From an uncultured cyanobacterium (lineage in GTDB: Bacteria > Cyanobacteriota > Cyanobacteriia > Phormidesmidales > Phormidesmidaceae): 64,000 bases of DNA. The translations under genes were made by a program, and so were the position numbers. Under the pieces are notes generated by a model, which searched no databases, was not told the origin of the DNA, and saw only the letters and a list, made by a program, of their open reading frames with translations. The stretch lies in NCBI GenBank assembly GCA_963793265.1, contig CAWBZI010000004.1, positions 672,001 to 736,000 on the forward strand. The letters are read 5' to 3'. Positions 47,490 to 57,794 of the stretch are shown here, one piece after another (the stretch's first letter is position 1; each line of letters begins with the position of its first letter).

Positions 47490-50400
47490 TCATACACGTA
47501 TTTTAATTTCGCCTATCTCGACCTTTTGCTGATTACTTAGCAAAGCTCGTAAGCCTATTTTTTCAGTCTGATTTAGTGATGCATTGTCAATTCTTATGCG
47601 AAAACCCGAATTCTTAGCACGCGCGTTAGCTGGATATACTTTTTCTAAATCGGGACGTGAAACATTTACGGCTGTCGAAAACATGACATCTTCTAAAGCG
47701 TGTGAATACACTTCTATCTGCTCTACCGCTAACTCTTTTCCAACTACCCATCCGGCTACTTCAAGAAAGTTTGTGTATGTTTTAATTTCAGGCGCATCAA
47801 TTGAAAAACCAGATAGACTCTTGTCGATGTCTGCTCTGAAAACTTCTGTCACTGCCACCGTTGCTGTCGTTGTAGCTTTAGCTATAACATCATTATCTTT
47901 TTGTACAGCAGAAATTACTGTAGCAGCCCGTGGGCGTTGCCGTTTTGAGCGAGTACTTGCTTCTATTTCACCTATTTCTTCTGAAAGCCCATCCTCAAAG
48001 CGGGCAATCACAATCATATCTATCGGATTAGATAAAGACATTATATCCAAAGGAATCTGAAAGCCACAGGTTTCGGCATTTACAATATTTGGGTAAGCCT
48101 TCGCTACATCGGGACGCGGAAAATCGACTATCGCTGTACCAATGACCTCACCTGCCTGCTCCACGTCAACTCTAGTTGCGATCGCCTCACGGCCAATCAG
48201 CCAACCAGACACCAATAGAACTGCACCACACTTACCGACTTGAGGTGCATCTAGATTAGCTGCCAATAGCAGCGGGCTTTCCGAGGTTTTATCTATTACA
48301 TGTGTAACTTCTCCACAGGCTTCTAGTCTGATGCTATAGTCCTCTTTAGCTCTCGTCAGGTTTGGGCTGTAGCACGGATCTTGATCGATAACGTCAGCCC
48401 AATGCTGCCTCATGTATTCAATCTCCGTACGAAATCGCTTAATCTTCTCAGGGCTGTCTTCGTAGCCACGGCTTTTTGACTCATAGTGGTAGAGTTGCAC
48501 ATGGGGTAGCCAAACATTTCTATATCCCGCCGCCTGAATCTTCAGACACAGATCAATATCGTTGAAAGCAACCTGAAGCGTATCTTCGAAGCCACCTACT
48601 GCCTCAAAAACGTCTCTACGACACATGAGACAAGCTGCCGTCACAGCCGAATAGTTGTTGACAGCGATCGCCTGCCTAGAATAGCCGTAGTGCCCTTTGG
48701 GCAGGTGCTTATGACTGTGGCCTGCGACTCCGCCTAACCCAATAACTACGCCTCCGTGCTGAAGCGTATCGTCAGGATAAAAAAGCTTGGCTCCAACAGC
48801 CCCAATACTAGGTCGCTGCGCTTGCTCTAGCATAGCTTCTAACCAGTCTGTGGTAATGACTTCAACGTCGTTGTTAAGAAACAGTAGATAGTCGCCTCGC
48901 GCCTTTTCAAGAGCATAGTTATTTATTTTTGAAAAGTTGAAAGGGATATCGTATACGTATGAGGCAAATCGCTGAGGTTCTCTTTCTTTCCAAGATCTGA
49001 TTATCTCTAAGCTCTCAGCTTCATCAGTACCATTATCAATCAATACGATCTCAAAATTTTGATAGGTACTTTTCTCAAAAATAGACACCAAGCAAGTATT
49101 TAAGATCTCTCCTAAATTGCGAGTAGGAATGACAATGCTAATTAGACTTTCTTCTTTCAGAGTATATCGAGGAATATAGACACCCGGCAGCTCAGAAGTC
49201 TCTACTTTACCCGGCTCTCCACGACGAGACATGGCTTCTGCTATGGCTTTAGCTGCTGCATCGCTAGCATACGTTTTCACGCCTGTACCGCTTGCTTCTG
49301 AGGTTGCTAGCATTCGCCAGTGATAAAGCACTTTGGGTATGTGAAAAATACGGTTGGTGTGCTCTGTAAAGCGCAGCACTAGGTCGTAGTCTTGACTTCC
49401 TTCAAATCCCAAACGAAACCCGCCTATCTCGTCGATAATTGACTTGCGGTAGACCCCTAGATGGCAGACGTACATGCGTGAGAGGAAAGAGTCAGGCGAC
49501 CAGTCGGGCTTAAAAGAGGGATCTGTGCGATCGCCATCTTCGGTGAGCTTATCCTCATCCGAGTAAATCATGTCCGCTTCAGGATGCTGATTGATCAGCG
49601 AGACGACTTCAAACAAAGCATGAGGTGTTAGCTTGTCGTCATGATCTAAGAGGGCTACATACTCGCCAGTTGCCTTTTCCAGTGCTGAGTTAGACGCCGC
49701 GGAAATGTGGCCATTGCTAGCCCGAAATACCACTTTAATTCGGTTATCTATCCGTGCGTACTGCTCTAGCACAGTTTTTACGTGAGGTTGGCTAGAGCAG
49801 TCATCTGCGATACACAGCTCCCAGTAGGGATATATTTGATCTAGCACTGACTGAATCATCTCTATCAAGACTGTCTCAGGCGGATTGTAGGTCGGTACTA
49901 TGATGCTAATGACCGGCTTGTGCTCAAATCCCGACACTTTTGCAGGCATTGCAGCTACTTGATCTACATCAGGGGCGTTTTCGATAGCCCAAGCAGCGTA
50001 TTCAACGGGCCGCGCGATGGGATCGTAAAATGCGCTATCAATTCTTTCTTTTCTAGCTTTTGCCTTTGAAAGCTTATTTTCAATGTCTGCGCAATCTATC
50101 GCGGCGTCTAGTGCTGCTAAGTCATATGCCGTCTCGTAATGGCTGATGGCATCGTCTGTATAGCTATAGCGATCAAGTGCTTCTGCTAGAGTGAGATGCA
50201 AATTAGGGTTATGAAAATCTGCTGCTAGAGCCTCTGCAGCCTGCTGAATAGCGGTAGGGGCTTGTCTCTGCTGCTGTATGATAGCGTGGCTCAGTCGATC
50301 GGTCACAGGATAGAGATTGGGCTTAAATTCAATTGTCTTTTTGTATGCCGCTACTGCTTCAGCCCATTTTTCAAGCTGAGAGAATGCATTGCCTAATGCC

Positions 50401-51278
50401 CAGTGTGCAATATAAGAGTCATCTGTGATAGCGATCGCGCGCTGATAGGCATTAGCTGCTTTCTCCCACTGCTTTTCGACAGCGAACTGACATCCTCTTT
50501 GATAGTGATACTGATACGAGCTTCGATCAACTTTGACGGGCTCGGTTTTCTGTAAGCTCTCCTTATTGGTAGGTGTTGCGAGCGTAGTGACTGCTGAATG
50601 GTTATCCAGCTTGAGATTTTTCGTGCTTCTAATTTGCGCTAAAAGATGAACGACCAGACTGTTGTTGGGATCTAGATCAATTGCCCGCTGGCAGAGTCTT
50701 TCGGCTTCGTCATACTCGGATTTCTCAAGCAAAACAATGGCAAGATGGTAGTAAGCAGCAGCGTTTTTCCTATCGAGTTCAATGGCGCTGCGAAGCATTG
50801 AAGCAGCGGCTTTTTCTTGATGAGTTTGATGTAAAATTCTGCCTAAGTTTATTCGCGCCCAGCAGTCGCCGGGTCTTAGCTCAACGGCTCTTTGGTAGGC
50901 AACCATAGCCCTATCAAATTCGTTTCTCCGAAAGAAAAAGTCTCCGGCCTGTCGCTGCGAGATAAAGTCATTGATAATGTCTTTGCTATGGGGCTCCTTT
51001 TCTAAAAAGCGAGCGTAGTAGTCATCAGCTTCTTGGAGCTGACCTAGTTTAGATAAGGCGATCGCAATCTTACGGCAGGCTTCTGACAGGTTGGGCTGTT
51101 GTTGTAAAATCTGTTCGTATAGCACTACCGCTTTGTGCCATTCCTTTGCCGCTAAAAGCTCATCACCTAGCTCCATTTGTGCGCTGCTTTGTGCTCTGTG
51201 AGGCTCTATCGAACCATGCGGCTTCAGTCCGATACTGTTTGGCTGACTAGCAATCATGTAAGACCCTTGAGAATGCAA
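47490..51278 (-). CDS. TPR plus tandem GT2 glycosyltransferase with two C-terminal beta modules
   Basis: N-terminal TPRs; ISIIVPTYN...ADDCS...LLDHDD; ISIVIPTRN...FLNNDVE; AFNDIDLCL. Confidence 0.9.
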   Translation of the reverse strand: MHSQGSYMIASQPNSIGLKPHGSIEPHRAQSSAQMELGDELLAAKEWHKAVVLYEQILQQQPNLSEACRKIAIALSKLGQLQEADDYYARFLEKEPHSKDIINDFISQRQAGDFFFRRNEFDRAMVAYQRAVELRPGDCWARINLGRILHQTHQEKAAASMLRSAIELDRKNAAAYYHLAIVLLEKSEYDEAERLCQRAIDLDPNNSLVVHLLAQIRSTKNLKLDNHSAVTTLATPTNKESLQKTEPVKVDRSSYQYHYQRGCQFAVEKQWEKAANAYQRAIAITDDSYIAHWALGNAFSQLEKWAEAVAAYKKTIEFKPNLYPVTDRLSHAIIQQQRQAPTAIQQAAEALAADFHNPNLHLTLAEALDRYSYTDDAISHYETAYDLAALDAAIDCADIENKLSKAKARKERIDSAFYDPIARPVEYAAWAIENAPDVDQVAAMPAKVSGFEHKPVISIIVPTYNPPETVLIEMIQSVLDQIYPYWELCIADDCSSQPHVKTVLEQYARIDNRIKVVFRASNGHISAASNSALEKATGEYVALLDHDDKLTPHALFEVVSLINQHPEADMIYSDEDKLTEDGDRTDPSFKPDWSPDSFLSRMYVCHLGVYRKSIIDEIGGFRLGFEGSQDYDLVLRFTEHTNRIFHIPKVLYHWRMLATSEASGTGVKTYASDAAAKAIAEAMSRRGEPGKVETSELPGVYIPRYTLKEESLISIVIPTRNLGEILNTCLVSIFEKSTYQNFEIVLIDNGTDEAESLEIIRSWKEREPQRFASYVYDIPFNFSKINNYALEKARGDYLLFLNNDVEVITTDWLEAMLEQAQRPSIGAVGAKLFYPDDTLQHGGVVIGLGGVAGHSHKHLPKGHYGYSRQAIAVNNYSAVTAACLMCRRDVFEAVGGFEDTLQVAFNDIDLCLKIQAAGYRNVWLPHVQLYHYESKSRGYEDSPEKIKRFRTEIEYMRQHWADVIDQDPCYSPNLTRAKEDYSIRLEACGEVTHVIDKTSESPLLLAANLDAPQVGKCGAVLLVSGWLIGREAIATRVDVEQAGEVIGTAIVDFPRPDVAKAYPNIVNAETCGFQIPLDIMSLSNPIDMIVIARFEDGLSEEIGEIEASTRSKRQRPRAATVISAVQKDNDVIAKATTTATVAVTEVFRADIDKSLSGFSIDAPEIKTYTNFLEVAGWVVGKELAVEQIEVYSHALEDVMFSTAVNVSRPDLEKVYPANARAKNSGFRIRIDNASLNQTEKIGLRALLSNQQKVEIGEIKIRV

Positions 51279-51341
51279 CTGATGGGAAATGGTGTCGGAC
51301 TACGCCTTTAATTGAAAGAATACTTAGAGATTAGAAAGTCT

Positions 51342-51917
51342 CTAGAGACTATTACGAGGAACATCGAAGGCTTGCTCGTATATTTGTATGTCGTACCTAT
51401 AGCGCGACTGAATTCTAAGCTTGAGATCTTCTGAAAACAGCTGAGAAGCTCTGGGCATTCCACCGAGAGCCCTTAGTTCATAAGGATACATGTTCCAGAA
51501 CTCAAAATCAGTATCAAATTGTCTGTATTGGGTCACATGGCTAGAAACCTTTTTTCTTACACGGATACTGAGAGAGTCTTCTAGATGACTCACAACGCTG
51601 TCTATCGCCTCGAACTGACCGGTAAAATCGAACGGAACCGAGGCAATGAAGTTGTGCTGAGGCCGCCAGTGGTCGTTCAGCTCGCGGTCAGGCGTCCTGA
51701 CTAAGTAATCTATAAACTGACTAAAGGTAATCGACTTTTCAACATCTACTTCTAATCCTAAAGCAGCCTGTACGTTGGCAATAACATCGCTAGCAAAAGC
51801 TTCTGGGACAACGTGTTTAGCAAACTTGTCCAAATAGCCGCTGACAAGCCTCCGAAAAGGATTTCTGAGTACTACGAACTTAAAGTACTCAGGCGAACTA
51901 AGACAGTCGAGCAAGTA
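51342..51917 (-). pseudogene. C-terminal sulfotransferase fragment, in frame with the upstream gene after a single TAA
   Basis: Has FVVLRNPFRRLVSGY and HWRPQ but no 5'-PSB motif. Confidence 0.7.
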
Positions 51918-52350
51918 TTACATGTTCCAGAACTCAAAATCAGTATTGAATTGTCTGTATTGAGTGATATGACTAGAAACTCTTTTTCTAATACTGATGT
52001 TTAAAGTGTCTTCTAGATCACTAATAACACTATCCATTGCTTCAAACTGCCCGATAAAATCAAATGGAACGGCGGCTATAAAGTTGTGCTGAGGCCGCCA
52101 GTGGTCGTTCAACTCATGATCGGGCGTTCTGACTAAGTAGTTTACAAACTGGCTAAAGGTGATTGATTTTTTAATATCTGGCTCTATTGCTAGTGCGGTT
52201 TGTACGTTGGCAATGACTTCTCTAACAAAAGGTTCTGGCATAACGTGCTTAGCAAATTTGTCAAGATATCCACTGACGAGTCTACAGAAAGGATTTCTAA
52301 GAACAACGAATTTGAAGTAGTCAGATGAACTCAAACACTTGAGTAAATGA
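51487..52350. repeat. Diverged 2 x 432-bp tandem duplication
   Basis: TACATGTTCCAGAACTCAAAATCAGTAT starts at both 51487 and 51919; the translations align without gaps. Confidence 0.9.
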
Positions 52351-53207
52351 CGAGCGCTGGTATTGGGTATTTTCTGGTTGAGGAAGGTATGAATGTTTTG
52401 TGGTGAAGTATCGAACTCTTGTTTGAGCGGACTGTTATCTACGAGCATACGTTTAAACAAAGTGCAGGCGTTTTTAGGGATGCTGCAATAGACCGTTTTT
52501 AGTTCTTCGTTGATAAAATAGTAGCCAGCAGGATTTACCGGAGATTTGTGGGTGTCTAAAAAGCCTAGCGTTACTAACCGCCTGGCAAATAGGGCATTTT
52601 GGGGATCTTGATATTCTGAGTTTTTCCAGAGCGACTGCATTTTTTGTTTATAAGCAGTTTCTGATAGTTCAAGCAATACTGAGAGCACCTGATGCATCTG
52701 GTTATAGCTGCTGTATCGGTCTTGAATATACATTGCTCGGATGTAGCTGGCCGCTGATTCCAATGGGTCACTATCTGGATTTTGATGTATTATGCTTGCT
52801 AGCTTTTGATATACCCAAGCAGGCTGAGGCTCAATCGCAATTGCCTTCCGGTAGCTAGCAATGCTCTCAGAAAGAAGTCCCTTTTGTTCTAAAGCAAGGC
52901 CCAATAAGGTGTAGGCTTTAGAACTATTTGGCTCGAGCGCGAGGGCTTTTTTATAGCAGGCGATCGCATCGTCTACGCTCCCCTGTTTCACTAGCAGAGG
53001 CCCCAAGGCTAAATATATCCAAACATGCTCTATGGGTTGAACTTTAATCGCGGCTTTGTAGGCGGCGATCGCTTCCTCCCACTGCGACTGTTCAACGCAG
53101 CTTTTCGCTTGCTCTACATATTGCTGAAAATTATTAGCAGTATTGTCTGACAAGGGGCTTTCTAGTTCTGTATTCGAGCTAAATAAGGACTGACGAATAT
53201 TGGACAT
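51918..53207 (-). CDS. TPR plus sulfotransferase (Sulfotransfer_2-like), C-terminus probably truncated
   Basis: TPRs; YCSIPKNACT; FVVLRNPFCRLVSGY; HWRPQ; ends abruptly at FEFWNM*. Confidence 0.85.
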   Translation of the reverse strand: MSNIRQSLFSSNTELESPLSDNTANNFQQYVEQAKSCVEQSQWEEAIAAYKAAIKVQPIEHVWIYLALGPLLVKQGSVDDAIACYKKALALEPNSSKAYTLLGLALEQKGLLSESIASYRKAIAIEPQPAWVYQKLASIIHQNPDSDPLESAASYIRAMYIQDRYSSYNQMHQVLSVLLELSETAYKQKMQSLWKNSEYQDPQNALFARRLVTLGFLDTHKSPVNPAGYYFINEELKTVYCSIPKNACTLFKRMLVDNSPLKQEFDTSPQNIHTFLNQKIPNTSARHLLKCLSSSDYFKFVVLRNPFCRLVSGYLDKFAKHVMPEPFVREVIANVQTALAIEPDIKKSITFSQFVNYLVRTPDHELNDHWRPQHNFIAAVPFDFIGQFEAMDSVISDLEDTLNISIRKRVSSHITQYRQFNTDFEFWNM

Positions 53208-53256
53208 TTTCAGGAATATCTAGATAGTAGTTTAAAAATAATATTTAGCAGGTACA

Positions 53257-54030
53257 TCAAACAGACAGTTCCAGCCAGGGATGCAGCTTCATCATCTCTT
53301 GATGAAGCCGTTCAATGTTGCCTCGCTGGTTGCTAATACTGCGAAGCATAGACGTTTTGTGCGTGCGGTATCGCGCCAAAATCTCCGGCACGGGCACTCC
53401 ATAAAAATCTTGATCAATAAACTTACACCACAGCTCGTAGTCCTCCCACCCCAGTTTGCCAACGGCGGACAGCTCCGAATAGCCCCCCACGTCTATGAGC
53501 GCCTGCTTTCTAATCAGGCTCATCGCGTCAATGCAGTTCTTTTTCTTAAACCTGTCACGGTTCCATACCACATTGCCAATCAGCGCCTGCTCTTCGCCAA
53601 ATTTTTCGATAATAGGGTAGCTAACTGACGCCTGCTCATCGGCTTCTAATGCCTCTAAGCAGCGCTCCACACAGCGAGGATAGAGTAAGTTGTCAGCATC
53701 TAGGATAAAAACATAGGGCGTTGTGCTCACGCTAATTGCAGTGTTACGCGCTGCTGAGAGCCCCTGATTCTGAGTGTGCTGTACTAAGTGAACCGCATTA
53801 AAACGCTGTGTGTTTTCCTTGAGCCAGCGTTCTGCTATTACTAGCGAGTTATCTGTGGACTGATCTTCTACAACAATTAGATCTAAGCCAAAGCAGGTTT
53901 GTTGATAAACAGATTTTAGCGTTTCGGCAATATAGGCTTGATAGTTGTACAGGCTGATGCAAACGGTAACCTGGCTAATCAGCGATCCTGACTGCGAAAA
54001 AACAAACCGATGCGGATGAACTTGGAGCAT
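53257..54030 (-). CDS. GT2 glycosyltransferase
   Basis: VTVCISLYNY, VEDQSTD, GLSAARN, ILDADN, WEDYELW; TAATG coupling to the upstream gene. Confidence 0.9.
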   Translation of the reverse strand: MLQVHPHRFVFSQSGSLISQVTVCISLYNYQAYIAETLKSVYQQTCFGLDLIVVEDQSTDNSLVIAERWLKENTQRFNAVHLVQHTQNQGLSAARNTAISVSTTPYVFILDADNLLYPRCVERCLEALEADEQASVSYPIIEKFGEEQALIGNVVWNRDRFKKKNCIDAMSLIRKQALIDVGGYSELSAVGKLGWEDYELWCKFIDQDFYGVPVPEILARYRTHKTSMLRSISNQRGNIERLHQEMMKLHPWLELSV

Positions 54031-57000
54031 TATCTAGCTGCCTCCTGCTTTTGGTCATTCAATAGACTTTCGGCCAGGTGCAGCGCCTTCGCCATGACCT
54101 CAGCCCCATCAAACTTGGCCTTAAGCGTTTCATGCCCGGCCTGACGCACACGCTGCGCAGTGGCTTTTCCTGCCTCGCTACTGAGCAACCAGCTAATTTT
54201 TTCAGGCATTTCATCTAGCGGGCACTCGATAAAGTGTTCTCCTGCTGTGAGTCCAGGAATGTCGTGGCAGGGCTCTGTGACCACCAGCGTGTTTTGCCAG
54301 AGGCCGTGAAAGACGATGCGGTGCCATTCAAAGTAGGGCAGATCGTCGCGGTGAATGTTGAGTAAGATTTTGCTGCGACGGCTGAGGCCCACCACGGCGG
54401 CGGTGTCTAAAGCCTGATCCTGGCCTTTAAGCAGCGGTACGCCCATTTGAGGGATGTGTAGGAAGCTGCGGTACTGGCTGAGCCACGCGGCGCTTTGGGC
54501 GAAAAATGTCTCCCGGCGAGGGTTGAGGGTGCCGATGAAGTGAAGGTCAATCGGGCGATCGCACAGCGGTGCTTCTGGATCAGGGAGCTGCTGACTCACC
54601 TCAGGTGATAGGCTCCGCATAGCTAAGAGTTTCGGCAGTTCTGGGCTCGCGGCAAAAGGCACGTAGTCGGCCAGATAGCCCAGCGGTAGCCAGTAGGCCG
54701 GTAGCTTTAGCGCCTGCATAATCGCCACTGACTTGACGTTGATGTCAAAAATCACTTTGCTGTGCCGCATAAAGTGGAAGGCCTTTGAAAACCAGGTGGT
54801 TTGCGGCTGCTCTACGTTCACCATGACCGCCTGAGAAATCCACTCCTGCTTTTGCGTCCAGCTAATCCCCTCGCCTAAGTAAAAGAACTCGTGAGGGGCG
54901 ATGATCCAGTGACCGTCGAGATGACTGGGCGGCGTGTCGGTTTCGCTCAGGCGAATAACACTGTGTCCGGCCTGCGAAAGCGCATCGGCGATAAAGTCGG
55001 CAATTTCAGTGATGAAGTAGTTGCCGAGGGTGTTGCAGTAGACGCCAATATTTTGCGGGCGCGGCGCGACGGCTGGGCCTTGCCACAGGCGCAGATAGTC
55101 AGCCTCAGGTGGCGTGGGGTTGGTGAGTAAGTGAGAGAACTGTTCGGCAGAAAAAGCGGCTCGGCCTTCTTTAGCCCCGTAGGCTAAATAGTGCTCTAGC
55201 GGGTTGATGCCTGTAGCGGCAACGTCTTCGTGCGTTTTGCGGTAGAAGGCGGCGCTGAAGAAGGGGTGAGGATCGCTGTTGGACTGGTGCCCAGTGCGGT
55301 AGTAGTGGGCTAGTGAGTTGAGGTTCTGCTGGGCGATTTCTGGATGCTGAGCGCGATAGAAGGCTTCGTCAAAAAGCGGATTTGGGTTGAGCCCGGCGGC
55401 GCTGCCCTGCTGGATGTAATGGCGCAAAAGCGACTGATTGCTGGTGCCTGCTAGCGTTGGGTTAGCGGCGCGGTAGTAAACCGGATCGAAAAGGTGGGTT
55501 TGGTTGAGCAGGTTTGCGATCGCCTGCCAGTCTCCCTCTCCATCAGCTTCTCGCTCGGTGATCCCATCGCCCACTGCGGTATTTGAAAGCGCGCGATCCA
55601 ATAGCGCATGAGCCTGCTGCGGATCGCGATCGGCAAGCAGCTTAGAGAGCGTCAGGGCCAAATCGGAATGACCCGGCTGAATCTGAAGCGCCATTTGATA
55701 GGTCGCGATCGCCTCATCCGTTTTTCCCTGCACCAGCAGCTGCTCAGCGAGTGCCTGATAGTGCTCAATATGACGCGGCGACTTTTTTAATAGCTGCTGC
55801 AAAACGCCTGCTAGCCGAGGCGGCACCTGCTCATTATCAGGGGCGATCGCTAACACCTTTCGGTAGTTATGCGCTGCTGCTTCCCACTGCTCTAGCTGTT
55901 CTAAGGATTCAGCCAGGCTGTAATAAGACCACACAAAATCAGGGTTGAGCCTAATCGCCTGCCGATAGGCCACCACCGCGCTAAACCAGTCTTCTAGCTT
56001 TTTGTGACAGTCACCCAGGCTGTGATGCGACCAAGAAAAATCGGGTACGAGCGCGATCGCCTTTTGATAGGCCGTTGCGGCTGATTTCCACTGACCTTGC
56101 TGACGGAGTGTTTCACCGAGCTGATGCGCTATGGATGCCTCTTGCTGCGCGCTCGTTTTTTTTTGAGTAGCTTCTTTCGTCTGGCTCAGCGATTTTCTGG
56201 CATCTCTTTCCTTATCTTTACTGGGGTGCTGGCTCAGGTCTTTGTGTAAAGCTGCTTCACTGAGGCGCTGTCGCCGGGCGTAATACTGCTTCAACAGCAT
56301 ATCGGCAGCTTTGGCATCGCCTTTGTGGCGCAGCAGCCAAACCAGCTTTTTGTAAGCAGGCTGAAAATCAGACTGAAGTGCGATCACCTGGCGGTAGCAG
56401 TTAATAGCCGCCTCTACATTATTAAACTGAGCAAGGGTATCGCCTAGCTCCATACAGTGCTCTAGCGTCGGCCAGCTCGGCTCCAATACAAACGAACGGT
56501 ACCAGGCCACAGCGGCTTCCTGCTTTTGGCTGTTGCGATCAAAGGCTTTTGCTAAGTCGCGATAGAGGGCGGCTGACTGTGGCTGCTGCTGAATGGCCTG
56601 CTTTAGCGTGCGAATGGCGCTGGCCCAGTCTTGAGCCTGACGGTATTGCTCAGCGATAGTTGTCTTCGGGTGTGGATCGTGTTGAGCGGGGGCAACCGAG
56701 AACTGAGCTGCCGCGGGCTGAGAGACGCCGGGCCGGTGCATAGAAGCAGCAGGCGGTGAGGGTCTTCTGACTTGGGCCTGCGAGCTAGGCGCGGGCTGTA
56801 GCAGCTTCTTTTGAGAAGATGATTTGAGTAATTTGTGAATGCGGATCTGATCTTGTTTTGAGAGAGACTGAGCGGCGACGGGCAGCGCTTGAGTTTTGGT
56901 CTGCGTCTGCGCCTGAAGTGAAGTTTGAGTCTGCCCTGACGCCTGAATGGCGCGCGCAGTCTTGGCTCCGTTCGCACTAGCTCCGTTTGCACTGGCTCCG

Positions 57001-57716
57001 TTTGTCCTGGCCCCGTTTGCGCTGGCGGCGTTTAGCTCTAGTACTTTTCGATAGCAAACCGCTGCTGCTTGCCAGTCGTCCTGATCTTCTAATAGATCGG
57101 CTAATCGCTGATAGGCAGCGACGAAACTATCATCGCGCGCGATTGCCTGACGGTAAGCTGCGATCGCTGCCTCTATCTGCCCTTTTTCTTCTAAAAACTG
57201 GCCCATGCGGTAATGATCTTCACACTTTCCAGCTTCGGGCTGCAAACTAAGTGCTGTTGCTAGGCTCAGGGCTTCTTGCTCAGGCTGCTTCAGCTTTTTC
57301 CACACCTTTGCCAGGTTAAAGTGAGCGATCGCAAAACCAGGGTCTTTATCGATTGCTTTTTGGTAATAGGTAACGGCCTGATTCCAGTTTTGCTTACTGG
57401 CATGCAAACTTCCCAGGTTGCTATACACCTCAGGGAAATTAGGCTGTAGCGCCAACGCTTTAGCATAAAAGCCCATAGCGTCAGTCAGACTACCCTGACG
57501 CTGCATGATATTGCCTAACAGCTTGTAAATGTCAGCCGTGTCCGGTGCAATCTTCAGCGCTTCGTGGCAAGCCTTAACGGCCTTTTCCCACTGCTTTTCA
57601 TCGCAGTAAGCCTGAGCCTGTAATCGATATATCTCAATGACATCGTTCATAGCTTCCCTAGGCTGAACGGGCGTAGCGACTGTTATGCCAGTAGTTTTAT
57701 TCCTCATCAAAAACAA
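54030..57716 (-). CDS. TPR + FDxxYY/HY repeats + C-terminal glycosyltransferase-like domain
   Basis: Multiple TPR blocks; LFDPVYYRAANP...RHY repeats; FIGTLNPRR, SKILLNIHR, FEWHRI, VVTEP. Confidence 0.82.
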   Translation of the reverse strand: MFLMRNKTTGITVATPVQPREAMNDVIEIYRLQAQAYCDEKQWEKAVKACHEALKIAPDTADIYKLLGNIMQRQGSLTDAMGFYAKALALQPNFPEVYSNLGSLHASKQNWNQAVTYYQKAIDKDPGFAIAHFNLAKVWKKLKQPEQEALSLATALSLQPEAGKCEDHYRMGQFLEEKGQIEAAIAAYRQAIARDDSFVAAYQRLADLLEDQDDWQAAAVCYRKVLELNAASANGARTNGASANGASANGAKTARAIQASGQTQTSLQAQTQTKTQALPVAAQSLSKQDQIRIHKLLKSSSQKKLLQPAPSSQAQVRRPSPPAASMHRPGVSQPAAAQFSVAPAQHDPHPKTTIAEQYRQAQDWASAIRTLKQAIQQQPQSAALYRDLAKAFDRNSQKQEAAVAWYRSFVLEPSWPTLEHCMELGDTLAQFNNVEAAINCYRQVIALQSDFQPAYKKLVWLLRHKGDAKAADMLLKQYYARRQRLSEAALHKDLSQHPSKDKERDARKSLSQTKEATQKKTSAQQEASIAHQLGETLRQQGQWKSAATAYQKAIALVPDFSWSHHSLGDCHKKLEDWFSAVVAYRQAIRLNPDFVWSYYSLAESLEQLEQWEAAAHNYRKVLAIAPDNEQVPPRLAGVLQQLLKKSPRHIEHYQALAEQLLVQGKTDEAIATYQMALQIQPGHSDLALTLSKLLADRDPQQAHALLDRALSNTAVGDGITEREADGEGDWQAIANLLNQTHLFDPVYYRAANPTLAGTSNQSLLRHYIQQGSAAGLNPNPLFDEAFYRAQHPEIAQQNLNSLAHYYRTGHQSNSDPHPFFSAAFYRKTHEDVAATGINPLEHYLAYGAKEGRAAFSAEQFSHLLTNPTPPEADYLRLWQGPAVAPRPQNIGVYCNTLGNYFITEIADFIADALSQAGHSVIRLSETDTPPSHLDGHWIIAPHEFFYLGEGISWTQKQEWISQAVMVNVEQPQTTWFSKAFHFMRHSKVIFDINVKSVAIMQALKLPAYWLPLGYLADYVPFAASPELPKLLAMRSLSPEVSQQLPDPEAPLCDRPIDLHFIGTLNPRRETFFAQSAAWLSQYRSFLHIPQMGVPLLKGQDQALDTAAVVGLSRRSKILLNIHRDDLPYFEWHRIVFHGLWQNTLVVTEPCHDIPGLTAGEHFIECPLDEMPEKISWLLSSEAGKATAQRVRQAGHETLKAKFDGAEVMAKALHLAESLLNDQKQEAAR
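56964..57023. repeat. 4 x 15-bp coding tandem repeat (S/R-A/T-N-G-A)
   Basis: GGCTCCGTTCGCACT AGCTCCGTTTGCACT GGCTCCGTTTGTCCT GGCCCCGTTTGCGCT. Confidence 0.85.
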
Positions 57717-57794
57717 TACCTGTCGTCTACTTACCTGTTGTCTACTTTAAGTGCTGATGGCAAAGGGGCTAATAAAAGGCTCAGGACAAACAAC

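Noticed and set aside
51918..51920. Programmed readthrough or Sec/Pyl recoding
   Set aside because: The codon is TAA and lies exactly at the duplication junction, so a rearrangement explains it better
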